IMG/VR virus record: IMGVR_UViG_3300026484_000053
Span: 129,701 to 193,700 of that record
Direction: 5' to 3' (one strand)
From: a virus
DNA length: 64,000 nt
The notes below the pieces were generated by a model. That model saw only the letters and a list, made by a program, of their open reading frames with translations, made no database searches and was not told the DNA's origin. The position numbers were made by a program, and so were the translations under genes. Position 1 is the first letter of the stretch, and every line of letters starts with the position of its first letter. Shown here piece by piece: positions 8,672-17,838 of this stretch.

Positions 8672-11200
8672 CTATCTGTTAATGCTAATAGAGCAATCTT
8701 CTGTAACATTAACAATAAACACATAAGGCATAGGCATTTCTTTCCCATCTATATCTTCATAAAAATAAACTTCAGTGTCTTCAGTAAATCTATTCCATTT
8801 ACCAGTTTGTGGCAGCCATTTTAAAGTGTGCGTAATTTTATCTTCTATTTGATCACGTACAGCTGCGTTAAACGTCTCTTCTAGACCATCGTAAAAGAAA
8901 ACATTATCTCCTTCTGCAAACTCAAACGTATCGCTCTTATCTCTTTTAGATTTACCTAAAGTAAGATATTTCTTTTCGTTCTTATTGATTAATTTAAGAA
9001 CTCTATTGTCTAATCTGCAATTCATAAACTCTCTATAGTACATAAAGTTCTTAGTACCAACGTCTAATGTTTCACCTACTTCAATATCAAGATCAAGGTT
9101 GTTTAGTTGTTCAACAAGATTATCTGCTGTAGTAAAGTCTGTATCTTCTTTATCCCAATTCTTATCTATAGACTGATCCCAGTGGCCTTTACCATCACTC
9201 CACCAAGGTAGTAAGTTGTAACCTTCATACATCATATAATAAACAAGATCTAGAATATCAAATTGCAATTCTAAGTTTTCGTCTTTGGTTATTTCAGTAA
9301 CTGTATGTTGCATGTCTAGATTATACTCTTTACATATTGCTACAAATGTTTGTAATTCTATAGGTGCACCTTTAGCCACTTCATTAAATACTGTTATTTC
9401 AAGTGAGCTATCCATTTCTATAACTGTCATGTTAGATACTTCCATACTCTCATCTATATCTTCTCTTAATACGTATTGTACGTCTAGATTACAGTTCTTA
9501 GTTATATTTTCTACAGGTATTTGTATAGGCATTGCATAGTTCATATTTACAGAAGCAAAAGACTGAGTATCTAAACTACTATCATGTTCTACACTTATAT
9601 TGAATGTTTTATCTAAATTAAAATTTTTACTAACTTCATTACTAAATTGAATCTCTAAAGGAGATTTAAGCGTACTAAGAAGTTTCATCTGCGCAGATGT
9701 TAAAGCATTACCTATAGGAATTATTCTACCTTGTATTTTAACAACACTCTCTATAAGTGTCATATATGATACATCTATAGTTCCTTCATATGCAGCACTT
9801 TGAATCCATTGCATGTTTAATTTAGCGTCGTTGATAAATTTATCAACATTATATTCTATTTCTTGGCTGTACGTCGTATTATAGTTAAGCTTAAACTGCA
9901 TTTCTAAATTAACATCGGCAGGAATTGGCGGCGTGGCAAAGAACTGATTTTCAACTTTATATAAAGTACTCATATTAGGTACGTCTACTTGTACATCTAA
10001 ATTTTCATTTGTCTTATACGCTCTCTTAAATTGCAATTCTACAGTAGACGTCGTAGGCCAACTAACAATATTTTGCATGTCAAGGCTGTAATTAACATTT
10101 GCGCTGTTAAAGAGCTGAATATCTAGCATTTCTTTTCTGTCTTTTAACACCTCGTTTTGAAGCTCTATGCTAGCATTATCTAAATAAGCTCTTTTAAATT
10201 GCAGCTCTATGTTAGTATTAAGTTTAAACTTGTCTATGTTGAACTGCTTTTCTATATTATCAAATTGTTCTTTATGAACTTTATGCTGCATTTCTAACGT
10301 GTCTTCGCCGCTTGCTATTAACATGTTTTGTAAATCTAGGCTATCTATTCTGTCATGTAATACTTCTAATTGATTTTCCATAACTCTATCTAATGTTTTA
10401 CCATCTCTAAGTTGTATTTCAAGATTGAACTTATCAAGTTCAATCTCAGATTGAAGTTCTAAATTAGCATCGTCGTCATGAGGTGGCGTGGCAAAGAACT
10501 GATTTTCTAGGTATTCTTTCTTACTAACGTCAGCTATATCGTATTGTATAGGCAAGTCCAGCTTGGGAAATCTTATACTAAACTGTAAATGATCTAATCC
10601 GAATCCCCATGGAATATTTCTAAATTGCAGCATAGCCTTAGTACTAGGTACTGAATTATCGAACCAATTAAATGTTAGTTCAGGCCATAGTAAGTCAGCT
10701 TTAATAGCATCGAAATTATACTCATCATATTGTAGAAGGCTAATATTGTTTTCTAGGTCAAATACGCCAACTGACCAGTTTCCTATAGCATATGCGAAAT
10801 TGCTCTCGTATGCATTATTAAACCATGCTTGCGTACTTGTTTTACCGACAGTAACTTTTGGCTTGTCGCCGCCATTATTATCCACTGAGTTATCAAACCA
10901 TGCAAATCCACTAGTTAGGTATCCCATCAATAGCGTCTGTTTTGTATTTGCTGCGCCATTATCATACCAAGCTACTGTACTTCCAATTCCTACAACAAGA
11001 GTAGTACGTGTAGTGCTTGGTATCATGCTGTTGTTAAACAACGACCAGCCTCCAGTAGTACCAATTAATAATTCTGACTTAGCAACTGTTATATTGTTAG
11101 TAAACGAGCTTATTGTAGCTGCTGATAACTCTTGTACAGGTACCTTATACGCCACTCGCGAGTTATTAAACTCACCAGTAGACGAGTAATGCATTTTCAT
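8672..11200 (-). CDS. Repeat-rich fibre/shaft-like virion protein (842 aa)
   Basis: About 30 repeats of ~14 aa ending [LIV][ED]xQ; N-terminal AW(F/Y)(D/N)N repeats. Confidence 0.6.
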   Translation of the reverse strand: MKMHYSSTGEFNNSRVAYKVPVQELSAATISSFTNNITVAKSELLIGTTGGWSLFNNSMIPSTTRTTLVVGIGSTVAWYDNGAANTKQTLLMGYLTSGFAWFDNSVDNNGGDKPKVTVGKTSTQAWFNNAYESNFAYAIGNWSVGVFDLENNISLLQYDEYNFDAIKADLLWPELTFNWFDNSVPSTKAMLQFRNIPWGFGLDHLQFSIRFPKLDLPIQYDIADVSKKEYLENQFFATPPHDDDANLELQSEIELDKFNLEIQLRDGKTLDRVMENQLEVLHDRIDSLDLQNMLIASGEDTLEMQHKVHKEQFDNIEKQFNIDKFKLNTNIELQFKRAYLDNASIELQNEVLKDRKEMLDIQLFNSANVNYSLDMQNIVSWPTTSTVELQFKRAYKTNENLDVQVDVPNMSTLYKVENQFFATPPIPADVNLEMQFKLNYNTTYSQEIEYNVDKFINDAKLNMQWIQSAAYEGTIDVSYMTLIESVVKIQGRIIPIGNALTSAQMKLLSTLKSPLEIQFSNEVSKNFNLDKTFNISVEHDSSLDTQSFASVNMNYAMPIQIPVENITKNCNLDVQYVLREDIDESMEVSNMTVIEMDSSLEITVFNEVAKGAPIELQTFVAICKEYNLDMQHTVTEITKDENLELQFDILDLVYYMMYEGYNLLPWWSDGKGHWDQSIDKNWDKEDTDFTTADNLVEQLNNLDLDIEVGETLDVGTKNFMYYREFMNCRLDNRVLKLINKNEKKYLTLGKSKRDKSDTFEFAEGDNVFFYDGLEETFNAAVRDQIEDKITHTLKWLPQTGKWNRFTEDTEVYFYEDIDGKEMPMPYVFIVNVTEDCSISINR
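9930..10507. repeat. 23-nt exact direct repeat inside the repeat protein
   Basis: ggcgtggcaaagaactgattttc at 9930-9952 and 10485-10507, encoding ENQFFATPP twice. Confidence 0.9.
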
Positions 11201-11204
11201 ACAA

Positions 11205-14200
11205 CTACCTCTTTAATCCGTTGTAAGCCGATACTCTCCAGTACCATTTACCTTTTGGTAAGCAATCTACTTTTACATGCGCGTATGTTTTCAATAAGTT
11301 AGTACTAGGTCTTGCTCCATTACCTTCAACAAACTCAGTTGGATTTGGTATACCAGTACCAAACTCTTCCCAATTCTGACTACTATCATCAGTAGTGTCT
11401 ATTGGCATATATGGATTCCACGTACCGTCATTAAGGTAGTGCCATTCGTACTCACTGTGGTAATAACTACCTGGCTCTTTCCATGAATCAATTATTCTTG
11501 GACCATTCTTAAGTACTTTGTGACTAATTATGTTTGGTGTAACTGCATTATCGTCTGTTATTAAATACGTTCTTAGTATAGTATCTGTAGTATCTCCAAA
11601 TCCACCAGTTACAGCAACGCTATCAGTTACAGCATATAAGTCAGCATCGCTCATTCCATCGTCTTTAATAGTATTAATTTCTGTATCTGCTAACACTGCC
11701 CATGTAGCGTTCTCACTATCATAACTCTTCCACTCTTCGCCGCCATCAAAACTAATTATTGACTTAACGCTAGTCATTGCTGATCTAATCTCACTAATTA
11801 TATCCATTCTTATTATGTTGTACGTTAAACCTGCAGGTAATCTTTTCTCTATAAAGTACGAGTCTACATATCCATTATCTCTTGTAACAACACTTTCTGA
11901 ATCTAAACAAGTCATACCAATTAAGGCAAACTCTCTATCAATACTTGTTATGATAGTACTAACATCAACCCAATCACCACTTTTAGTATCTACTGCTACG
12001 TCTGAGTAATTAGATGTAATAAACCCTACGTTATTGTCATTATATCCATAACTCTCAGCTGAACTAAATAATATTTTATTATCTATATACGCGTCGTTAG
12101 TTTTACTGTATAATTTAACTAATACATTATCCTGGAATGAGCCATCTACAGGAACGAATGATAACGTGTATCTATGACCTGGTTCGAAGTTAGGTAACTC
12201 AATACTATATGTAGTAACATTAATATCCACTTTTAAATAATACGTAAGATCTGTACGTCTAAATATAATAGCATAGTACTTGTTAGAGTTACTAACACTA
12301 TGTATACCGTAAGCTATACCTATTGCAGCTTGAGTTGTTCTATCTCTATATTTATCTGTATGTATGAATTCTATTTCTGTAGCTGTATTTTGTTTATTAA
12401 TTCTACCACTTTTAATCATTGCATGCCAATTAGATGTGTAGTTCTGCTCTATTGTATTGTTAGAGTGTAGCGAGTACTGACCCATGTTATTCATACCATA
12501 CCAGTCATTATTATAGAAGCTGTAACCCATTATCATATGTTTAGTAGCATTTACGCTTTTAAAATTGTCTTTTGCTGCAAGTTTTGCACTATATCTACCA
12601 AGTAGTAGTGTTTCGTTATTACTATCGAATCCTTTATTAGTAGGATTAGCTAACATATGATTAGCAAAATGATTTAATTGTCTCACATTATTACCAAACG
12701 ACTCTCCCCATAACTCATTATCGTACATTAATTCTGTACAAGTATATGGATATTGTAATAACTTTAATGTATCGTCTCTTAAGTCATGACGTAAATGATA
12801 TACAGGTAGCTTTGATATAGCCATTACTTCATCAGCTGTTTTAGCATGGTCATACATTATGAACTCATGTATTGATCCGTAAAATGGCTCATTACCATCT
12901 TCATAGTTTCTACCAAGACATATACCAACGTCACAAACTAAGTCATCACTTTCGTCATCGTCTTCACCATCGATATATGTTGTGTAGTTATTGTACACAA
13001 TATCTTCAATAACCTTAAATCCATTATAGTACACATCACATCTATTAGTATCATACACTACAACTGTAACAGTTTGCTCTTCATCTAATGCTATTCTTTC
13101 TTGTTCTAAGTAGTTACCAGCATAGAAATATGACCACGTACCATTTACACAAAGTGCATCAGCAGTGATATCAATATAGAACATTATAGTGCTACTATAA
13201 TCTCGTCTGAAGTTAAACAAACACGATCTACCTGGCATAATTTTAGGATTGAATTTAATATGAATAGTTCTTTCTTGATGTAACTTAGTCAATGGATGTT
13301 CTTTCTTATCATCATGTGGCACAAGTTCACTCATACTAGCGTCTCCATTAAAATAAGCTATATTACCTAGATAACTGTATGGTTTAATTGCAACGTTATT
13401 ATTAGTCCATACTACGTTATTACTAACGTCGCCAAAGTCATCTTCGCTTGCATTATCACTTAACTTATAAGCAATAGTCATACCAGCATCTCCTGAGTTT
13501 GATCTTAATGGAGCATCAGTTGCCATATCAGGAACACTAACTGAACCGCTTGGTATTTGTTTAGCTTCACCTTTCACAAAGAACGTGTCTCCATGGTAAA
13601 CGATACTATCTTGCGCGTCATTTAATTCAGCACTTGTCTTACTCTCATCGTATGTACTCTCTGGTAGTACTCCTTTAACCATTAAATATGGTAGTACTAA
13701 GTCACTAACACTATTTACTCTATTATCGACTAGTTTTGACACATACGGTAGGTGTAACTTAGCTTCACTTGAACTATAGCCGCCATTTACAATGTCCAGC
13801 TCATCTACTTTCGGTTCGAAGTTACTAGTTGGGCTAATCTCTAATCTATTCTGTAACGAACCGAATCTTTGTAATGGCTCCATCCATACAAAGTCAACAA
13901 ACTCTCTATCGAACTCCTCTTCATGGTATGGTAGTATTCTTATAGGAGCATCAGGTACTTCTATTCCATTATAGTTGAATAAGAACTTATCAATACTTGG
14001 TGTCTTGTACTGTTTACTAGTTTTCATACCAACTGCTACGTCTATAGTCTTGCCATCATTATTTGCAACTAATAGTCCTGTTAGCGCTATTGTATCACTA
14101 AAACCTAATAATTCATTAATAGTATTACCGCTTGTACCTATATCAGCCAAATCTACTGAACTCGCACTTCCATCATCTACATTTATTTTAAACCAGTTTT

Positions 14201-15941
14201 CTCCTTGATCTCTACTAAGTAATACTTTCATCTCAGTATCTTCTGGTACATCAGCTTCTATCTCGAATCCATTTACTCCACTCCATAAACCAACATCTAC
14301 ATTATGTAGTCCTTTAGTGTATACTTTGTAGTATTTACCTGTCTCGTATTCTGCCATTGATGTAGTAGGTGCATTAACTTTTGTATCACTCTCGTTTATG
14401 TCAGGATATGCAGCATCTCTAACTAAGTTTTCTTTTGTAAATATTTCATACTCATTACCATCATCATCTACACCTACTGGCATATTAGCTAAGAATTCAT
14501 AGTCACTAAATATAAGTGATTTAAAACTATCGAAGTCATCCTGTACTTCTTGAAATGTACTTGTAACACCGTTTATTGTAATATCTTCAAACTCCATTAT
14601 ACTAACACCATGATTACTTAATCCGTAATACTTGATGAACTCTTCATCTCTGTTTACATAAGTATCTTGCGCATGCTGAGCTATTGTAGCAATTGGTGCT
14701 TTTGAACAATTCAATGTTATGTTTGGACACTTAACTATTGTAGTACCACCAGCACCTGTTCTAGTAGGTTGCGACGCATACCCAATAGCGTGTCGTCTAA
14801 CTGCAGGAGTAGTTATTATAGTATTCTCTTCCATTATTAATTCTTTAGTTTGCAGTACAATAATACCTCCACCATCACTACCAAATCCCCAGTACGATGA
14901 GTACATAGGGTACGATGTAGGCATACCCATGAACATCTTATCCAGATCTCCATTCGTACCTTTATATTCTTCAGGTATTTGCATAGCTGTGTATAAGTTA
15001 TCAGCATGTCTATCACCTTCAGCGTTGAATGATGAACCACCCGATGATAAGTAACCAGCATAGTCGCATAGTTCACTAGCAGCTAATGGATCGTCATTAG
15101 AACTTAAGCCATCAGATGGACTTGGTAGAAACCCACATGGAGGAACATGGTAATCATGTCTCTTTACAGTATCATCCAGTTCATCACCAGTTCTAGCCTG
15201 GTATGCGTATCCACCAAATGTACCAACATGGTTGAATATCTTACTATCTTCTAACATAGTAGTTTTATCCCTTACTTTAATGTACATAATCCCTCTAGGA
15301 TTACCTAACATCTTATTACCCCAGATATCAGACTCTGGATGTCTTACACTATCTCTCCAGTTGTATGTATTAACACCCATTGTATCATGAGCATCCATAT
15401 CTGGTTGTAGTGACAACGTAGCACCTATAGTAAGTCTATCAAATTGCATAACAAGTGTAGCTGTATTAACTGTTTCCGATCCTATATAATCATTATTAGG
15501 TGCTTTATCTAGTACATATCTATTAATACCTTCTTGATCTTCTATTACATCTACTATCTTAACTATGTCCCATTTACCAACCTCATCATATAGGTCTTTA
15601 CTAGCACAGTGTTTCTTGTATAGTATTACTTCGTCACCAGCATTGAATACACTAGTCTCAGCAAAGACACCTTGTAAGTGCGTACCGTATAACGTGTCAT
15701 TTATTATTAGCGATTGGAAGTAACAACAAGTTGGACTTAGCATCTTGTCATTAATGTACGTTTGCGAACCTAGTCTACCATCTCCGAAGAAGTTATCACT
15801 CTTTGGGTTAGTATTAATGTTACGTAATGTAGCCATACCATTATCAAAATCTATACTTAATCCATCATTAACATCGTAGTTATCAATGTTGTAAAGTAGT
15901 TTATTTTCTTTGCTGTATTCGTAATTTCGTTCTATAGACAT
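11205..15941 (-). CDS. Large tail/receptor-binding-like protein with Gly-rich, LamG and Fn3-like regions (1578 aa)
   Basis: GSDGGGIIVL and GAGGTTIV; LamG-like YFNG..TIHIKF..VYYNG..FYGSIHEFIMYD; C-terminal KGKWYWRVSAYN. Confidence 0.6.
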   Translation of the reverse strand: MSIERNYEYSKENKLLYNIDNYDVNDGLSIDFDNGMATLRNINTNPKSDNFFGDGRLGSQTYINDKMLSPTCCYFQSLIINDTLYGTHLQGVFAETSVFNAGDEVILYKKHCASKDLYDEVGKWDIVKIVDVIEDQEGINRYVLDKAPNNDYIGSETVNTATLVMQFDRLTIGATLSLQPDMDAHDTMGVNTYNWRDSVRHPESDIWGNKMLGNPRGIMYIKVRDKTTMLEDSKIFNHVGTFGGYAYQARTGDELDDTVKRHDYHVPPCGFLPSPSDGLSSNDDPLAASELCDYAGYLSSGGSSFNAEGDRHADNLYTAMQIPEEYKGTNGDLDKMFMGMPTSYPMYSSYWGFGSDGGGIIVLQTKELIMEENTIITTPAVRRHAIGYASQPTRTGAGGTTIVKCPNITLNCSKAPIATIAQHAQDTYVNRDEEFIKYYGLSNHGVSIMEFEDITINGVTSTFQEVQDDFDSFKSLIFSDYEFLANMPVGVDDDGNEYEIFTKENLVRDAAYPDINESDTKVNAPTTSMAEYETGKYYKVYTKGLHNVDVGLWSGVNGFEIEADVPEDTEMKVLLSRDQGENWFKINVDDGSASSVDLADIGTSGNTINELLGFSDTIALTGLLVANNDGKTIDVAVGMKTSKQYKTPSIDKFLFNYNGIEVPDAPIRILPYHEEEFDREFVDFVWMEPLQRFGSLQNRLEISPTSNFEPKVDELDIVNGGYSSSEAKLHLPYVSKLVDNRVNSVSDLVLPYLMVKGVLPESTYDESKTSAELNDAQDSIVYHGDTFFVKGEAKQIPSGSVSVPDMATDAPLRSNSGDAGMTIAYKLSDNASEDDFGDVSNNVVWTNNNVAIKPYSYLGNIAYFNGDASMSELVPHDDKKEHPLTKLHQERTIHIKFNPKIMPGRSCLFNFRRDYSSTIMFYIDITADALCVNGTWSYFYAGNYLEQERIALDEEQTVTVVVYDTNRCDVYYNGFKVIEDIVYNNYTTYIDGEDDDESDDLVCDVGICLGRNYEDGNEPFYGSIHEFIMYDHAKTADEVMAISKLPVYHLRHDLRDDTLKLLQYPYTCTELMYDNELWGESFGNNVRQLNHFANHMLANPTNKGFDSNNETLLLGRYSAKLAAKDNFKSVNATKHMIMGYSFYNNDWYGMNNMGQYSLHSNNTIEQNYTSNWHAMIKSGRINKQNTATEIEFIHTDKYRDRTTQAAIGIAYGIHSVSNSNKYYAIIFRRTDLTYYLKVDINVTTYSIELPNFEPGHRYTLSFVPVDGSFQDNVLVKLYSKTNDAYIDNKILFSSAESYGYNDNNVGFITSNYSDVAVDTKSGDWVDVSTIITSIDREFALIGMTCLDSESVVTRDNGYVDSYFIEKRLPAGLTYNIIRMDIISEIRSAMTSVKSIISFDGGEEWKSYDSENATWAVLADTEINTIKDDGMSDADLYAVTDSVAVTGGFGDTTDTILRTYLITDDNAVTPNIISHKVLKNGPRIIDSWKEPGSYYHSEYEWHYLNDGTWNPYMPIDTTDDSSQNWEEFGTGIPNPTEFVEGNGARPSTNLLKTYAHVKVDCLPKGKWYWRVSAYNGLKR

Positions 15942-15981
15942 TCTTGTTCCTTAAACCTTTATAGGTAGCTTTGTTTATTGA

Positions 15982-15989
15982 TATTTATA
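15982..15989 (-). promoter_or_regulatory. T4-type late promoter TATAAATA
   Basis: Exact consensus 41 nt upstream of the 15941 start. Confidence 0.55.
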
Positions 15990-15992
15990 AGA

Positions 15993-16433
15993 CTAGATAC
16001 CCTTTCTAATAAGTTCTTTGTCTTCTATGTTTATAAAGGCTCTTGTTTCATAACCTATTTCTTTGCTTGACATAACAGTACGTTCAGTGTCGCCATTCAT
16101 ATGAACTGTAACTACGTCCCATATTTGTAATTTTTTATCTCGTAATGAACATATACTTCTAGATGTATGTTTAGGTATACTTTGACCAGCTAGAACTATC
16201 ATTTCTTCAAATGTCCAGTACTCGTCATGTGGAGATTCTGCAGCAAATATTTTTTTACCGCTTGGTATTAATTGAAAGCACAAAGCTTTCAAATTATTAA
16301 ATTCTTGTTTATATACTTTTTTCCAAGTGATACCTTGGTTATGATTTTCAGTAATTAGTTTACCGTTTTTAGTGAATAGCATCCATCTGCATTTAGACAA
16401 GTTTATTTCTATTTCTTTGGATTTTTTAGTCAT
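15993..16433 (-). CDS. Hypothetical protein
   Basis: 146-aa ORF with AAGGA SD. Confidence 0.6.
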   Translation of the reverse strand: MTKKSKEIEINLSKCRWMLFTKNGKLITENHNQGITWKKVYKQEFNNLKALCFQLIPSGKKIFAAESPHDEYWTFEEMIVLAGQSIPKHTSRSICSLRDKKLQIWDVVTVHMNGDTERTVMSSKEIGYETRAFINIEDKELIRKGI

Positions 16434-16494
16434 TATATTCCTTTTAGAGATATTTATCCTATATTGTCTATTTGCTATGCCTGCTCTATATGCT

Positions 16495-17205
16495 CTATCC
16501 TAATCTATTTCTAATTTCCATTTTAACAGTTGCACTACCTGTAATTTTAAGCCTGTGGTTAAAATCTTCTTCATCTACAGTACGTTTATGTTCTGTTTCT
16601 ATAGTTTCTTCAGTATAGTCTGTGCTATCATCTGAATTTTCCCATTTTAGAACGCATGTGTCAGCTTCGTCGTCATCGTCTTCTCCATCTATAGGGGTTA
16701 TAGTGAATATTACCCTATAAACTGTACCTCCAAGGTCTGCTAAGTTGTAAACCTCTGCTTCATCTACGTCTATATACTCAAACTCTAAGAATGTTATTTT
16801 AACAGCATAAAGGTACGTTACAGTACAAAACCAGCCATCGTAGTTGTTTGTACCTAGTGATCCTACGTTTTCTTCAAAAGTAACTTGACCTACTACTTCC
16901 CAAACTTCTAAATCGTCAGGATTCTGGACTTGGACTTCTCGATTTATACAGCCACCTATCGGCCAATACTCGGTTGTTATTTTGCCGTCTTCAATAACTA
17001 AATCATGCTCTACCTTCATACGTGATATATTAGTTTCAGTAGGATCAGAACTGATTGTACTTTCTTCTAATGCCTTAATTCTACCCGTAAGAGTTTCTTC
17101 TGAACTGTCATCACTGTACAGACCAGCATTCTTCTGCATGTTTGTAACTGAAGTGCTAAGTTCGTTTAATTTAGCAGTTAGTTTACAAAGATAATCGTTA
17201 GCCAT
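16495..17205 (-). CDS. Structural protein sharing a YDG..TVTY domain with 20906..21739
   Basis: N-terminal coiled coil; NNYDGWFCTVTYLY vs GDYDGLDATVTYAY. Confidence 0.6.
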   Translation of the reverse strand: MANDYLCKLTAKLNELSTSVTNMQKNAGLYSDDSSEETLTGRIKALEESTISSDPTETNISRMKVEHDLVIEDGKITTEYWPIGGCINREVQVQNPDDLEVWEVVGQVTFEENVGSLGTNNYDGWFCTVTYLYAVKITFLEFEYIDVDEAEVYNLADLGGTVYRVIFTITPIDGEDDDDEADTCVLKWENSDDSTDYTEETIETEHKRTVDEEDFNHRLKITGSATVKMEIRNRLG

Positions 17206-17808
17206 CTATATAGTCCTTTCTCTGTATAGTTCCATCGCTACGCTTATAACTATATCTTTATTAGAAGTAGGCGATGTTAGAGATATTTTTAATACAAGTT
17301 CCTTAGGTATAAACGCTGCATCAGACGATTCCATAACCATACCTGTAGTGTTTGTACCTAAAAGATGTAGTTTATTAACGAATCTACTTACTGCAACGTC
17401 TACAGGTGCTATAATATGAGTACCTATCCAAGAATCGTCTGCTGATGGAGAAGCTGTTATATACTGAGCTTCTCCATCTACTGTTATAATACAGTTACCA
17501 CTATTAGTTTCACTCTTAAGTGGAGTGTTAGCAGGTAATATAAGTTCTAGTGATATGCTGTCTCCAGGTATTGCACTTAACCAAGTAACGTATCCATCTT
17601 TAATATAAACGTCATCTATAAACTTGCCAGTTACGAAAGTTTCGTCAAGACCATCTGCATTTATTATAAGAAACTTTTCACCTTCTCCAACCGTTTGATT
17701 AATTATGTCATCAGCTGCACCAGTTATATATAAGTACGTGTCGTCTTGTTTTGGTGATGTAAACACTTTAGGAGATCCATCACTGTATATGTTAGTTAGT
17801 TTTATCAT
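17206..17808 (-). CDS. Hypothetical structural protein
   Basis: 200-aa beta-rich ORF tiling the operon. Confidence 0.6.
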   Translation of the reverse strand: MIKLTNIYSDGSPKVFTSPKQDDTYLYITGAADDIINQTVGEGEKFLIINADGLDETFVTGKFIDDVYIKDGYVTWLSAIPGDSISLELILPANTPLKSETNSGNCIITVDGEAQYITASPSADDSWIGTHIIAPVDVAVSRFVNKLHLLGTNTTGMVMESSDAAFIPKELVLKISLTSPTSNKDIVISVAMELYRERTI

Positions 17809-17838
17809 TAGTATTCCTTTATATTCTTTTATATTCTT

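Noticed and set aside
9930-10507. Diversity-generating retroelement TR/VR pair
   Set aside because: Exact 23-nt match with no adenine-specific mismatches; both copies are in frame in one gene; no reverse transcriptase in the window
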